Positions 26,577 to 39,949 of a DNA stretch of 64,000 nucleotides are shown here, piece by piece. The stretch is from contig JAQGDQ010000929.1 in assembly GCA_030141605.1 (NCBI GenBank), forward strand, positions 15,679 through 79,678, given 5' to 3'. Below the pieces are notes generated by a model that did no database searches, was not told the origin of the DNA, and was given only the letters and a program-made list of their open reading frames with translations. The number at the start of each line of letters is the position of its first letter. Within the stretch, counting starts at the first letter, position 1. A program made the translations under genes and the position numbers. This stretch comes from Tubiluchus corallicola. Its lineage: Eukaryota > Animalia > Priapulida.

Positions 26577-26730
26577 ACTACTACAACTACTACTATTACT
26601 ACTACTACTACAACTACTACTACTACTTCAACTACTACTATTACTACTACTACTACGACTACTACTATTACTACTACTACTACAACTACTACTACTACTT
26701 CTACTACTACTACTACTACTACTACTACTG

Positions 26731-26795
<65 letters not shown>

Positions 26796-26803
26796 GCTGC
26801 TGC

Positions 26804-26864
<61 letters not shown>

Positions 26865-26885
26865 GCTGCTGCTACTGCTACTGCA
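26577..26885. repeat. Compound (CTA)n-(CTG)n microsatellite
   Basis: Read directly; follows a LINE-type 3' end motif. Confidence 0.95.
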
Positions 26886-27224
26886 TAAACAATATTTTTG
26901 GGCAGTAAAATGAAACATTGCCAGTTTGTTACATAGAGGTAAAAATTGTGTGATTTGTCGAGATGGTAAAATTTTTAAGTGATAATACTTTGCATGGGAA
27001 TGCAAGCAATTTTGAAAGAAACCGCATATCTTAAAATTACTTTAAATTTTAAGTTAACATCTGTTTTGAAACTTTGCAAGAAAGCTAGTTTATGTATGAG
27101 CTTAAAAGCATTACCAATTTTTAATGTGTGATAATGATGTCCCACGGCGCTAGATGACACCACCATGTAGGCAGTTGCACTAATAATTGTTTAACGTCTG
27201 TTTTTCTATAAATATATCAACAAT

Positions 27225-27687
27225 ATTAATTCTCCGTTCAAAACCAATAAGCTCCCACTTCATAAAAACCCCAGTATGAATAACAGAACACTAAATTTAA
27301 GAAACATTAGAACGAACAATCAATATGGAAAGAATTCCATTACTAACTAAGCAATACAACTTTGGGATTTATTACCGACATCACTAAAACACAGCAGCTC
27401 TTTATCAATATTCAAGTCTAAATTAAAAAAACATTTAATGACTCGTTTTGAATATCCGACATACGAACACGATGATACTCACTCAAATCATAATTTCATT
27501 TTTCCTAGACCTTGCTAAACTAGTTTATATTTTATTTATGAATTTCTAGTTGCACTTATAGTTTAGCTTTCACCAGACGCATTTGTCCAGAACAGTGTAT
27601 GTTTTTATATGAACTAACACTGATTGTCTGTCTTTTTTAGTAAGATGGTAAAATGTTTTTAAAATGGCAAATAAAGATTTTACTACT
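27225..27687 (+). mobile_element. 3' fragment of a CR1/L2-group LINE
   Basis: RTNNQYGKNSITN*AIQLWDLLPTSLKHSSSLSIFKSKLKKHL, then a T-rich UTR ending AATAAAGATTTTACTACT. Confidence 0.7.
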
Positions 27688-27689
27688 GA

Positions 27690-30600
27690 CTAGGGTCGGT
27701 TCTAAAAATCTGCTTTGGTGTTTGCGTACTAGTCCTTGTACTTGGCCGCACTTATTGTGGGAATGTCTTTGACGACCAAGTGGCAATTTCACACAAATCT
27801 ACGAATTTCGAATGTAGCAAAGTTGTGAGGATTGATGACCTTATGGGAGAACTTGCTGAGGTAACCAAATCGCAAGATTTTCTAAGCCACGAATTTGGTG
27901 GTTTTCAAGAACAACTGAACAAATATCAACAAGACATGGGACATTTGAGAAACGAAAGCAAGGTACTGAAAACCACTGTTAAAACATTACAAAACAGAAT
28001 AAAAACTACCGAGAGTGAACTAGACAAACTAGAACAATATGAGCGTAGAGACACATTGGAGATAGCTGGAATTCCTGTAATTCCTCATGAAGTTACAAAT
28101 GACATAGTGCTAAGTGTAGCCAGAAATATGGGAGTGGAAGTGCACCTGCAAGATATTAGTACATCACATAGACTGGCAGCACCTAAAAATGGAGGGCCTG
28201 CACGAATTATTGTAAAGTTCACAAGATGTGACAAACGGGATGAACTTTATGGTACTAGAAGAAATGCCGGAAGCACTAAAAATCTTGACTATGCATCGTA
28301 TACTGATAACCGGATCTATATCAACGAATCCTTCACTTAAACAAGGAGAAAACTACACAAACAATGTAGGGACTATGCTAAGGACCTGAAAATGAAGTAC
28401 TGCTTGACAAAGTACGGGAAAATGTTCTTGCGAAGCGATGATTCAAGCCAAGTCATTGAAATTCAATGTGAGGAGGACCTAGGTAAACTTTAAAAATCAA
28501 TACAAGGTGTTATTGCACCACAAAATTTATTTCCATGTGTAACCTGTTGTAAACCTTGTAAAAATAACCAAAATTGTATCTGTTGTGACGTTTGTAACAT
28601 GTGGGTACACCTCAAGTGTACCATGCTGAATGTGAATGAATTTAATCACTATGCTCTGTCTTCTGATAATTACTTTTGTTTAAAATGTATAAATGAATCT
28701 TTGCCTTTTCAGTGTACTGATGATGCTGATTTATGCGAATTGTTTTCAAATCTAACAAATGTATACTGTCTGTCTTCTTTACTTGATTTTCCTTCACTCG
28801 CAAAACCAAAATGGGATGATGCTGATCCTGATGCACATCTTACCAGGTTTGATAGTAAATACTATAGTTTGCATGCACTAGAGACAAATTCTAATCTAAA
28901 AAAGTCTAACAATGATTTATTAATAGTACATTTTAATCTCAATAGTATTCAGAAGAGATTTTCTAATATGCCAGATGTACTCATGCACTTTACTGTTCCT
29001 CCTGATATTATTGGAATATTGGAAACAAGATTGAACGAAATTAATCAATCTTTTATAACGAGTTTACCTAACTATACTTTCTTGCATGTTGATTCTAAAA
29101 CTTGCGCAGGTGGAGTAGCTATATATCTTAAATCGGGTTTGAGGTATACAGTAAATTAATCAAATATTGGCAACTTGATAGTTAAAAAGAAAATTAAAAT
29201 CAGGGATAAACGGAATTTTAACATGATTTCATTTCTGGAGGATTTGCAAAATAAGATCGATGCTGTTGACTTTTCCGAGGTGCCAACTAATTCTGCCTTC
29301 TCTACTCTTTTCCAAATATATGAAGAAGTTCTTAATAAACATGCCCCACTTAAGACATTGACAAGAACTGAAAAAGTAACTTTCTCCAAGCCATGGTTAA
29401 CTAAAGGTATTCTTGTATCAATAAAAACTAAAAGTAGATTATACAAGGACTGTACGACAACAACTAGTATCTTAAAAATTAATCAATATAAACAATTTTC
29501 TAATAAACTTAATCATCTCATAAATTTAGCCAAAAGAAATTATTATTGTACTTTACTACATGATAATAAAACTAATATTAAAAAGACTTGGGCAGCATTG
29601 AATGATTTGATCAATAGACAAAACAAGGAGCGCATAACTCCAACCAAACTAGTAATAAATCATGCTGAGATTACGGAACCCCCTGCTATCTGTGAATTCA
29701 GGAATAATTATTTTGCATCGGTTGGTTCTGATATGGTAAAAAAAGTACCACCTACTCCAATAACATTTCATTCTTTCCTTAGAATGCCTAATCAGAATTC
29801 CTTCTTTCTTACGTCAATTATCGAATACGAAGTTTATTCTGCTATTGCTGCATTAAAAATCAATAAATCAGCAGGACCCGAAAACATCTGGAATAATTTT
29901 TTTAAAATTTTACGGTCCATTATTACTCCATTATTAACTATGCTGTTCAATAAATATGTAGAAGAGGGCATCTATCCTGACGTCTTGAAAATTGCAAAAA
30001 TAATCCCGATTTACAAATCTGATTCTCCCATTAATCCCTCTAATTATAGACCAATATCTCTCTTATCTCCCATATCAACGATTTTTGAAAAATTAATTTA
30101 CTCTAGGCTAGCTAAATTTCTTTAAAAAGAACAAATTTTAACTACATTCCAATTTGGATTCAGAAAAATCATTCTACATCTTTAGCTGTGTCAGAAATAA
30201 TTGAAAACGTTCTAGCGAATATTGATAAGGGGAAAACTACTTGTGCTATATTTTTAGATTTATTGAAAGCATTCGACACGGTACAACATGACATTTTGTT
30301 ATATAAGTTATCTTACTATGGTATCAGGGGACGTCCTCTAGCACTTATCACGTCTTACCTTACTAATAGGAAACAGTTTACGTCTATTGACTCATCGGAG
30401 TCTAAACTTGCTGATATAACCTGTGGTGTCCCACAGGGTTCTACATTGGGTCCATTGTTATTTCTTTTATATATTAATGATCTGCCATCTTGTTCGCAAT
30501 TTAACACCAGATTGTTTGCCAATCACACCAACATATCAAAACATTCGAACATTCAGTAAATGTGGAACTGGAGAATATTAATAAATGGATGCAAGCAAAT

Positions 30601-31570
30601 AAGCTATCGATAAATTATAAAAAACAAAATATATGTTAATTGGAAACAAGGAACATAACAATAGTTTAAACATAAATATGGGAGAAATCAAATATCTTGG
30701 CATATTTATAGATAGTAGAATTACTTCGAAAACACATGTACAGCATATAGTCAACAAAATTAGCAAATTAAGTGGAGTATTAGCTAGAATACGACACTAC
30801 ATAAATGTAGATGCACTACGGCTCTTATATTCTTCTCTTGTCATGCCATATCTGAGTTGTGGCATTCTCGCCTGGGGTAGTGCTTCAGCATCGGTCTTAA
30901 AATTATTGGTTTCTAAACAAAACAAGATTATCAAACTTATAGCATTTACTAGAAAAGGGAACATATAACACCTTTGTATTTGCAATTAAATCTACTAAAA
31001 GTATATGATCTGTATAAATTAGAATTGCTCAAGTTTGTATATAAATTCAAAAATAATTCACTTCCGGATCTCTTCAGCAATTATTATACTTTAGCATGTC
31101 ACATGCATCACCATTCTACTAGGTTTGCTACAACCCAATCTTATTTTATTGAAAGATTTAACTCATCTAAAGGCCAGAATTCTTTAAAACACCAAGGATC
31201 TTTGCTGTGGAATTCATTATCGGATCAATTAAAGTCAAGTAACTACAAAAAGTTAATTCTAAACTATAAAAAACAACTTATTGCAGGATACAAATGAATG
31301 AGAATTTTACTTATGTACTTGTAATACCTATACATATTTTTTTCATTGTTACGACACTTTAAGTTTTTGCTATATTTTGATTTCATTTTTTTCTGATTTA
31401 CAGTTGATATAGTTTTTCGATGGTTTAATTTATTATATTTTCTTTCTCGACAACTTTAGTCATTGATGCTATTATTACAACATTTCAGTTTTGTTTTTTC
31501 TTATTTACCTCTGTTTTTTTGCTTTGTTTTGAATGATTTATATTTGCCTTATAAACTAGAAAATAAACTT
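27690..31570 (+). mobile_element. Near-full-length but inactivated CR1/L2-group LINE (ORF1; PHD-APE-RT ORF2)
   Basis: ORF1 coiled coil plus LEQYERRDTLEIAGIP (27780-28493, one internal stop); PHD finger ~28530-28690; APE N-half (HFN...DIIGILET...GGVAIY); RT motifs KPWLT, NYRPISLL, FLDLLKAFDTV, GVPQGSTLGP; catalytic FADD mutated to FANH; frameshifts and deletions. Confidence 0.93.
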
Positions 31571-33002
31571 GTGGTTTCACTAACCAAGTGTGCCGTGGCA
31601 ATTTCGTCATTGCTTACGTCAGAAAGTAACCATAGTTTGTGCAATGACAGGCATCTTATCTTGCGAGTCAAGCACGTTTGCATAAGTGTTACTGCCTAAA
31701 CGCATGATATCGTGAAAATGGGCTCTATGTCATACGACATCAGAAACTAACATTACAGTTCATGATCATGGTTATCACGGTACAGCTTTCTATTTGTCGG
31801 CCACGCGAATGTGACAAAAAAGGCGCCATTGCCAGTCTTAGTAGATTCACAAAGCCGCACGTAGCTTTGAAAGTTTAACGAAATTTGAGTATCCGAGGTA
31901 ATTATTATTTAATCTAAGCTTTGATTTAAAAAAAGCTAATAAAAGTTTTCAATATTTTAGAACATTCTTTATTCTGAACTCGTGTTTACACAATCAGCTG
32001 GTTTTCCTTTAAATCTGCCAGTTTCATACTTTAATGAAACCAGACATATATGCCAGGCAAATAGTCATGTGCAGTCTTATTACTTCCAGGCCTGTTACAA
32101 TTCATTTCCAGGTGCTGCCACCTATATCCAAATTTATGAAAGCCTGCCTACACTTTTTAGACGTATCTAAAAACGGCTCGTGCTTCTCAGATATCATTAG
32201 AAACCGGAGCACATTTTTCATACACTATCAGGCACTTGCTTTTACTTCTCAAGTGTCACGTCACCAGTAAGAATTTTTTGAGTTGTTGTTGTTAGCCAAT
32301 CGCTAGAACTACTGTTGTTCAACTATTACACTGCATCATATATTGCTGAACATAAAAATGACATCTTTGTTATAGTTGTTGTAATCTAAACACATGTGGG
32401 GCATCGTGGCTATCAATTTTATTTGATGTGAGAAATGGACTTTTCATTTTCTACTCTTGTTGCAAGCTTTAGGCAGGGCAAAATGTTCATTCTAAGAAAG
32501 TTTGACCTCGTTCATACGACAGAAATGGCGTTTTTCGTTGCTTTGATATGCCATGTATTTAACTCAGTTGATTGAATCCAGAAGTGTCAATCTAAACGTT
32601 GGAAGCTCAGAATCTTTCAAGGGTTTTTCTGATTTGTTTAATGGGGGATCCATGTTTAAATTAGTTAATGGGGGTAGCCCAAGCCTTTATTTTCCTTTGT
32701 ACCAACTAACTCCCTGTTAGTGATTGAATTAGAGAATGGATGGTAATCATGGATGAATATTCAATACGTTAAAACGAAGATATATGTTTCCTCGTATAAA
32801 CTTCACTTGTTTTGCACATCTGCGTGGAGATGTAATTTTAGATATGCCATACAGATACACCTTGACAGTGTACATGTATAGTCACCTAGAAAAGTTAGTT
32901 CAGGTAGAGAGCTGCTTACATTTGGATGTTAAAAGCAGCCATGTTAATAAAAAGCAGTGAATAAATGTTGGTAACAACATAAAAGTGATTGTGGAGCCGA
33001 CA

Positions 33003-35760
33003 ATGGTTAGCTTGGTGTTCAACTGCGGAGGCAACTTTGGCGGCGGATTTGGTGGTGGAGGAGGAAACATGAGTGGCAGATTTGGCGGCGGAGGTGGAAA
33101 CATGGGTGGACAGATGGGGATGGGCGGTGGACAAGGTAGGTTTTATTAAATCATAATTTCGTGTACTGGGTGCTACATTAGTCGCTGTTTTTAACATGTT
33201 AATAACTTAAGCTTCATGCAAGAACTAGAAATGTGCTGACTCCCTAATTTATCTTCGACTCAAAACTTGTAAAATGAAATTTTATCCTGGCTTCTCGTAA
33301 AACGTTTCAGTTTTTTTATAATCTAACTGTTCTGTGAAGAACCAATGCAAAGACGTGCTGATACTGTGAAGAACCAATGCAAAGACGTGCTGATACTGTG
33401 AAGAACCAATGCAAAGACGTGCTGATACTGTGAAGAACCAATGCAAAGACGTGCTGATACTGTGAAGAACCAATGCAAAGACGTGCTGATACTGTGAAGA
33501 ACCAATGCAAAGACGTGCTGATACTGTGAAGAACCAATGCAAAGACGTGCTGATACTGTGAAGAACCAATGCAAAGACGTGCTGATACTGTGAAGAACCA
33601 ATGCAAAGACGTGCTGATACTGTGAAGAACCAATGCAAAGACGTGCTGATACTGTGAAGAACCAATGCAAAGACGTGCTGATACTGTGAAGAACCAATGC
33701 AAAGACGTGCTGATACTGTAAGAACCAATGCAAAGACGGCTGATACTGTGAAGAACCAATGCAAAGACGTGCTGATACGTGAAGAACCGCAAAGACGCTG
33801 ATACTGTGAAGAACCAATGCAAAGACGCTGATACTGTGAAGAACCAATGCAAAGACGCTGATACTGTGAAGAACCAATGCAAAGACGTGCTGATACTGTG
33901 AAGAACCAATGCAAAGACGTGCTGATACTGTGAAGAACCAATGCAAAGACGTGCTGATACTGTGAAGAACCAATGCAAAGACGTGCTGATACTGTGAAGA
34001 ACCAATGCAAAGACGTGCTGATACTGTGAAGAACCAATGCAAAGACGTGCTGATACTGTGAAGAACCAATGCAAAGACGTGCTGATACTGTGAAGAACCA
34101 ATGCAAAGACGTGCTGATACTGTGAAGAACCAATGCAAAGACGTGCTGATACTGTGAAGAACCAATGCAAAGACGTGCTGATACTGTGAAGAACCAATGC
34201 AAAGACGTGCTGATACTGTGAAGAACCAATGCAAAGACGTGCTGATACTGTGAAGAACCAATGCAAAGACGTGCTGATACTGTGAAGAACCAATGCAAAG
34301 ACGTGCTGATACTGTGAAGAACCAATGCAAAGACGTGCTGATACTGTGAAGAACCAATGCAAAGACGTGCTGATACTGTGAAGAACCAATGCAAAGATGT
34401 GTTGATACTGTGAAGAACCAATGCAAAGACGTGCTGATACTGTGAAGAACCAATGCAAAGATGTGTTGATACTGTGAAGAACCAACGTAAAGACATGGTG
34501 ATGATTGGCCAGAAGAACCTTAGTTAAACCTTTGTGTTGATAATGCCACTAAAGTTTAGTTACCACCTCACACTTTGAACCTTTACTCCAACTCTGCATT
34601 ATTGTGGAAACAAGAGACAAATGGGTTTCTGCATTTTTATTGCCTGAAAAATATTAAATTTCCTGAATAATAAGTCGGTATAAATCACAATTCAGTGGCT
34701 CGTATGTAAGTTACATTTGTCAAACTAGTGACTTGGTACTGAAAGGAAATTATTACCTCTGGCTAGTTACATTTGTCAAACTAGTGACTTGGTACTGAAA
34801 GGAATTTATTACAACTGGCTAGTTACATTTGTCAAACTAGTGACTTAGTATTGAAAGGAAATTATTACAACTGGCTAGTTACATTTGTCAAACTAGTGAC
34901 TTGGAATTGAAAGGAATTTATTACAACTGGCTATGTTACATTTGTCAAACTAGTAACTTGGTATTGAAAGGAAATTATTACAACTGACCACTGGCTAGCT
35001 ATGTAGTGACGCTTTGCTTGCTGTGCTCCCGCTAAGCAGAAGTTTTTTTCCATTTCTAGGAGTTGGAAATTGGGGCGGCAGCGGTGGCGGTGGAGGCAAC
35101 TTTGGAAACGACTATCAAAGTAATTTTAGTGGCGGTCCAATGAGGTCATCTGGATATTCACAACGATCTACACCGTACGGCGGCGGTAGTGGTAACTGTA
35201 AGTTGAACACGATTGAATTCAAAAGTGAACCTTGTTGTGATTTTTCAGTTTCTCATTCAAGTTAGTTAGTAAGTTATTGATTTTTGAAAATATGCATTAA
35301 TTATAGTAGGCGGTAGTTTTTTTTTCTGCTAAAAATGTAAAGTAATGTGGGATCTTCTGTTCTCCTGTAAGTGTAAGAACTGTCATGCTCTATCTTCTAT
35401 TCTCTTGTAACTGTAAGAACTGTCATGCTCTATCTTCTATTCTCTTGTAACTGTAAGAACTGTCATGCTCTATCTTGTATTCTTCTGTAACTGTAAGAAC
35501 TGTTGTGCTCTATCTTGTATTCTTCTGTAACTGTAAGAACTGTTGTGCTCTATCTTGATTTCTTCTGTAACTGTAAGAACTGTCGTGCTCTATCTTCTAT
35601 TCTTCTGTAACTGTTAGCTGTAGAACTGTCATGTTCTATCTTCTATGTTTCTAAAGCCTCTTGTATTTCTTATGTCTTTTACAGTATTCTTTATGAGCAT
35701 TAATAAACGTATTTTTACTCTTTAGTTGGCAGTGGTGGTGGTGGTAGCTATCGCAGATAA
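33003..35760 (+). CDS. Gly-rich C-terminal exons of an hnRNP A/B-family protein (RRM exons not found)
   Basis: Exons ~33003-33135, 35060-35197 and 35726-35760 (phase 1) give ...GGNFGGGFGGG...NFGNDYQSNFSGGPMRSSGYSQRSTPYGGGSGNFGSGGGGSYRR*, an M9/PY-NLS-like hnRNP A tail; 5' boundary uncertain. Confidence 0.78.
33332..34497. repeat. 32-bp intronic minisatellite, ~36 copies
   Basis: Unit CTGTGAAGAACCAATGCAAAGACGTGCTGATA. Confidence 0.97.
34709..34986. repeat. 56-bp tandem repeat, ~5 copies
   Basis: AGTTACATTTGTCAAACTAGTGACTTGG... recurring every 56 bp. Confidence 0.92.
35352..35646. repeat. 40-bp tandem repeat, ~7 copies
   Basis: CTGTAAGAACTGTCATGCTCTATCTTCTATTC... recurring every 40 bp. Confidence 0.92.
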
Positions 35761-36816
35761 ACTGCTTCAAGCAAGTCTTTTTCCATCTTATCTAAAAGGT
35801 AAGTTTCTGCTTTGGTTGACATACTTTTAGCAGTTGGTCCTAGAGGTGACTTCATTTGAAAAATGTAAAATCTAATGTGTATTTTTGTTATTAACGTCTT
35901 TAGTACCAAACTATTTTGCCAAACTTTTACATCTCTGAGTCCAGTAGAAAACGAAATTTAACTCATTTTCTTACCCTTTTGTCTAAGAATAAAAACAGAA
36001 ATTATTACAATAATTTGAACAGCATAAACAATCCTATCAGTTTTTAAGAACTTTAGTTTCACATTTGCGCCAGATTGGATCAAGTAACTAAACAGGGAGA
36101 AATGCTGTTTGCAGATATTAAACAGGTTCAATAAACGATTAGAAAGTACCAATCTTGGGAGTTACTGAAGTTTTAAAATGTGTTTTAGTGTGTGTGTGTG
36201 TGTGCATGTGCGTGCATGCGTATGGGCAGGGCGGGTGTGTGTGTGTGTGTGTGTGTGTGCGTGCGTGCCTGTGGGCGGATGTGTGTGTGTGACTCAGATC
36301 AATTTTAAATTCCTTGCTGACAATTGAAATGAACCTGTCATATTTTACATTGAATTTTTTCCCTACGTCCAAATTATTTCCTACTTTAAAGTGTTCTATG
36401 TTCTGTCTAGATAAACGTTCATATTTATTTTCCCCTGGCCTATCTGTAGTCACTCGTTATTGCACTAAACCGATCATTTTCATTGCGCTTATATACATGT
36501 TTTTATATTCTCTACACCGCGCTTAGTTGAGTATATTTTGAGTTTTGTCTTAATCACAAAGGTAAGCTATGCCCACCGTGAAGTCAACCGGTGTTAAAGC
36601 TTGAGATAAACAACCTTAATTTTGTATTGACAAAATATCATCAGCATCACGGCAGTAATACTCAGTAGCATGTTTGGGCATAGGTTGCTGTAGTTAGGCA
36701 GTCTAGTATTTATGTTTTTGACAGTCAAACATTCTGACGTGCAAATTGGTTACACGGATTTGTTCAAAATTGTTTAGCTCACCAATGCATGTGAATAATG
36801 AATATATTTCTTTTAG

Positions 36817-37570
36817 GAATCTTGTTTAAAAGTGTCCATGTTCAGTGAAGAAAGCTAAGGCAGCACACAAATAAACCTGCACAGATTATAAGGCTGCAAG
36901 GAAATAATGTAGTACAGATACTTTAGACTACAGCAATGAATTCTAGAATTCTAGCCAGTGACAGACAAATATAAGAAGTGTGGTTGGTCTACATCTACAT
37001 AAATTTGCTTGATTCCATAGCAGAGATAAGCAGTGTAAATACTTATCAGTTATGGAGGAGAGAAAAACTACAAAAACGAGGCAAAATTCGCAAGCAGATG
37101 CCTGTGTTAGACGATTTTCAAGCCTTATTGTCTTCAAGTTCCGTTAGTTTCTTAAGCCAAGCCAGTGAAGAGGTAGAACTTCAGAATACAAACGTGAAAA
37201 CGATGTGAAATAGTTTTACATACAAGGTTGAAAATGTGGACAAATTGTAATTTAGAACAAGTGGAAACAAGTGTATATTTGATTAGATTACGACATTTTA
37301 TTGCATTGTATACGTGTAGTTTATTCTTTGTTGTACATATTACTCATTATTAATTAAGCTATATTTCAATTCCACTACTGAGTTGTACGAGGTGTTGTAA
37401 AAAGTTTAGTGTGTTGTAGTGTCCTACCAATGCTGTTAATTGGATTCATGAGGATCAGTTTTACCTGAATTTGGTAGTTTTTGCTCGACAGAATTAGTGA
37501 AGTGTAACATCATTTATGCTTCTTCGTTCACAGTATTTTCAGCAATAAACTGAATTAAAAAGAATTCATT
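36817..37570 (+). other. Probable terminal 3' UTR exon of the hnRNP A/B-like gene
   Basis: Donor AAG|GTAAGT at 35798, 38 nt after the stop; acceptor tttcttttag| at 36816; AATAAA at 37544-37549. Confidence 0.6.
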
Positions 37571-39114
37571 TTCAAGAAAGACTGTTCTATTCCTTTCAGC
37601 ATGTAAATTAGCATTTTTAGTCGTTGTGAGAGTTTAGTCAGGCGAGTTCTGGTTGCTGGCGTATCTAGATTGACAACAGTTTATGGAAAATAGTGATTTG
37701 TTTTATAATACAATCACTTTTAGGTAATAATGTAATATTGTCCTAAAGCTAATTTTCAGGTCTTGTTTGTTCATTAAAGTTAATAAGTCAGTTTTATCTG
37801 TTAAAGACAAGTGTACATTTGTTAGGTGGTTCTGCAAGAAGTTATAATGTGGAGGAGGCAGCAATGAACCATTAGATATTAATCGTGCAACGTATAAGCA
37901 TTATTTATATCTGATTTTTTTATACAGTACACTTAAGAAAAACTAGCTTTGGTGAAGCAAAATTAGAAAGAGGTGGAAATGTTTCACTTAGTTTCTGTTC
38001 AAGCAATGAAGTAGTCATAGTTAAGCTAACATTACTTGTAGTAGAAATGCGGATGGTTTAATGAAGTTGATTTAGTAATTTCTTCACTATACTAAGGTAA
38101 CTTCAAGGTAGTGTGTGGTAAAACCTTGTTATTACGAAGTGAGAAATGCTATGACAAGACGAGCCAAGTAGTTACAGCGCAGTGGTAATCTTCTATTCTT
38201 ACGAAGTTTTTAAGTAGCTAAAATTTCTGTCTATGCTAGCCAATCAGTGAGAAGCTTACGCAACGGTTTTGGGAGAAATTCTTGAAGAACAGCTACTTAA
38301 GTTCTGGTCATGCGCAGTTGTTAGACACCGTATGAAGCATAGTGTTTGCTAAGGCAAGCAAGTTTGGTTAGAAAGTTACGTAGAATGCGCATTATAAACC
38401 AGGTAACATTTTTAACCTTTATCTAGATATAGTTAAGAGAATTGTATTAGTCTAAGATGGGTTAAATGTGGTACACGTTTGGTTACACATAAAGTTTCGT
38501 ATGATATTATGTCATTTTAGAAGCCACTTTATTATTTATTATGAGGGCTGGGGCAATAACTCCTGTTTGTGATATGTTAAGAAAGCCGAATTGTAAAACG
38601 TTGCAAGCTTGTTACTATGCCAGTGAAGGTTAGTATCTTCTGATTACTGCAACCGAGTCCTCTTTAGGCAATAAGTCAGACATGTTTTTTTGCAAAAATG
38701 ACAATCTTTCTGCCATTTATTTCCTCTGTGAAGGATCAAACTGCTATTGGGGGTGTTCAAGCTGCTAGAAATCTGGTTTTCAAAGCTGTGTTTTCAAGTT
38801 GAAGTAATGAGTATTGCTTGATCTTATATAGTTTATATAAAGAGTTCTTTTTTTGCAGGTCTCACAGCTTTCGATCAGCTGATTAAAAATAACGCCTTGC
38901 TGGCCCAGTAGATGTTTGGACAGGTAAATAATTTTTTATGTATTCTTCAATCAATCAATCAATGTATTTCACTCCAGGAATACATACAATACATCAACAT
39001 ACAATATTATTGAAAAAAAAGAAACAGTATAGGTAAAAAACGTTGATGAAGTCAAATTAACCAAATAAAAGAGTTGCTGTATGATAACTTGGAAGCTTGA
39101 CTTGTTAAGGTGGC

Positions 39115-39485
39115 AGAAATGAGTGAATGAAAGAATGGTTAGGGTTAGTAGACATGATGGAATGGAAAAAATAGTAAGATTAGGGAGAGGAAGAAGGAAG
39201 GGAGGGGAGGATGAGTGAATGAAAGATTGGTTAGGGTTAGTAGACATGGTGGAATGGAAAAAATAGTAAGATTAGGGAGAGGAAGAAGGAAGGGAGGGGA
39301 GGATGAGTGAATGAAAGAATGGTTAGGGTTAGTAGACTTGATGGAATGAAAAAAAATAGTAAGATTAGAGATAAGAAGAAGGAAGGGAGGGGAGGATGAG
39401 TGAATGAAAGAATGGTTAGGGTTAGTAGAAATGATGGAATGGAAAAAATAGTAAGATTAGGGATAGGAAGAAGGAAAAGAGGAGA
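39115..39485. repeat. ~92-bp purine-rich tandem repeat, ~4 copies
   Basis: GATGAGTGAATGAAAGAATGGTTAGGGTTAGTAGA recurring. Confidence 0.85.
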
Positions 39486-39949
39486 AGAAACGACCACAGT
39501 GTATGTTTAATTTACATAGAGGTATATTAAAATAGCATTATAATTGATTGGAGGCCATATAATGCGACTGCATGAGACATGGAACCATTAAAATTTGTAT
39601 TATAAGTATGAATCAAAAATGGTACTTTTCAAGTACTTTTTGAAACTATAAATAGTTTTGTGTATTTTTACTTGGGCACTTATTCCAGTTGTTGGGGGGC
39701 TGTGAATTTAACAAAGTATTGTATTAGAAGCTTTGTTTAAAACTTTCTATGCTTCAAATAACATTTTGGTCTTACGTCAGATAATGCAGGGATTAATTAA
39801 GTGGTCATTTACAGGTGTCACAGTCACCAAGCCACTTACTGACTGATCTAATGAGTGTTTAAGCAGGTAAGTTAAAACTTTTTCAAGTGGTTTGTTTAAC
39901 GATATCAGTGCAATGCTTTGATGTTACAAAACGTGATGTGGAAGTTGAA

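Noticed and set aside
33282-34496. Three long overlapping minus-strand ORFs (376-404 aa)
   Set aside because: Artefact of a stop-free 32-bp repeat lying in an intron of the plus-strand gene
33332-34497. Tandem C/D-box snoRNA array (GTGAAGA...CTGA in each unit)
   Set aside because: Box C is imperfect, the unit is only 32 nt, there is no terminal stem and I recognise no rRNA guide
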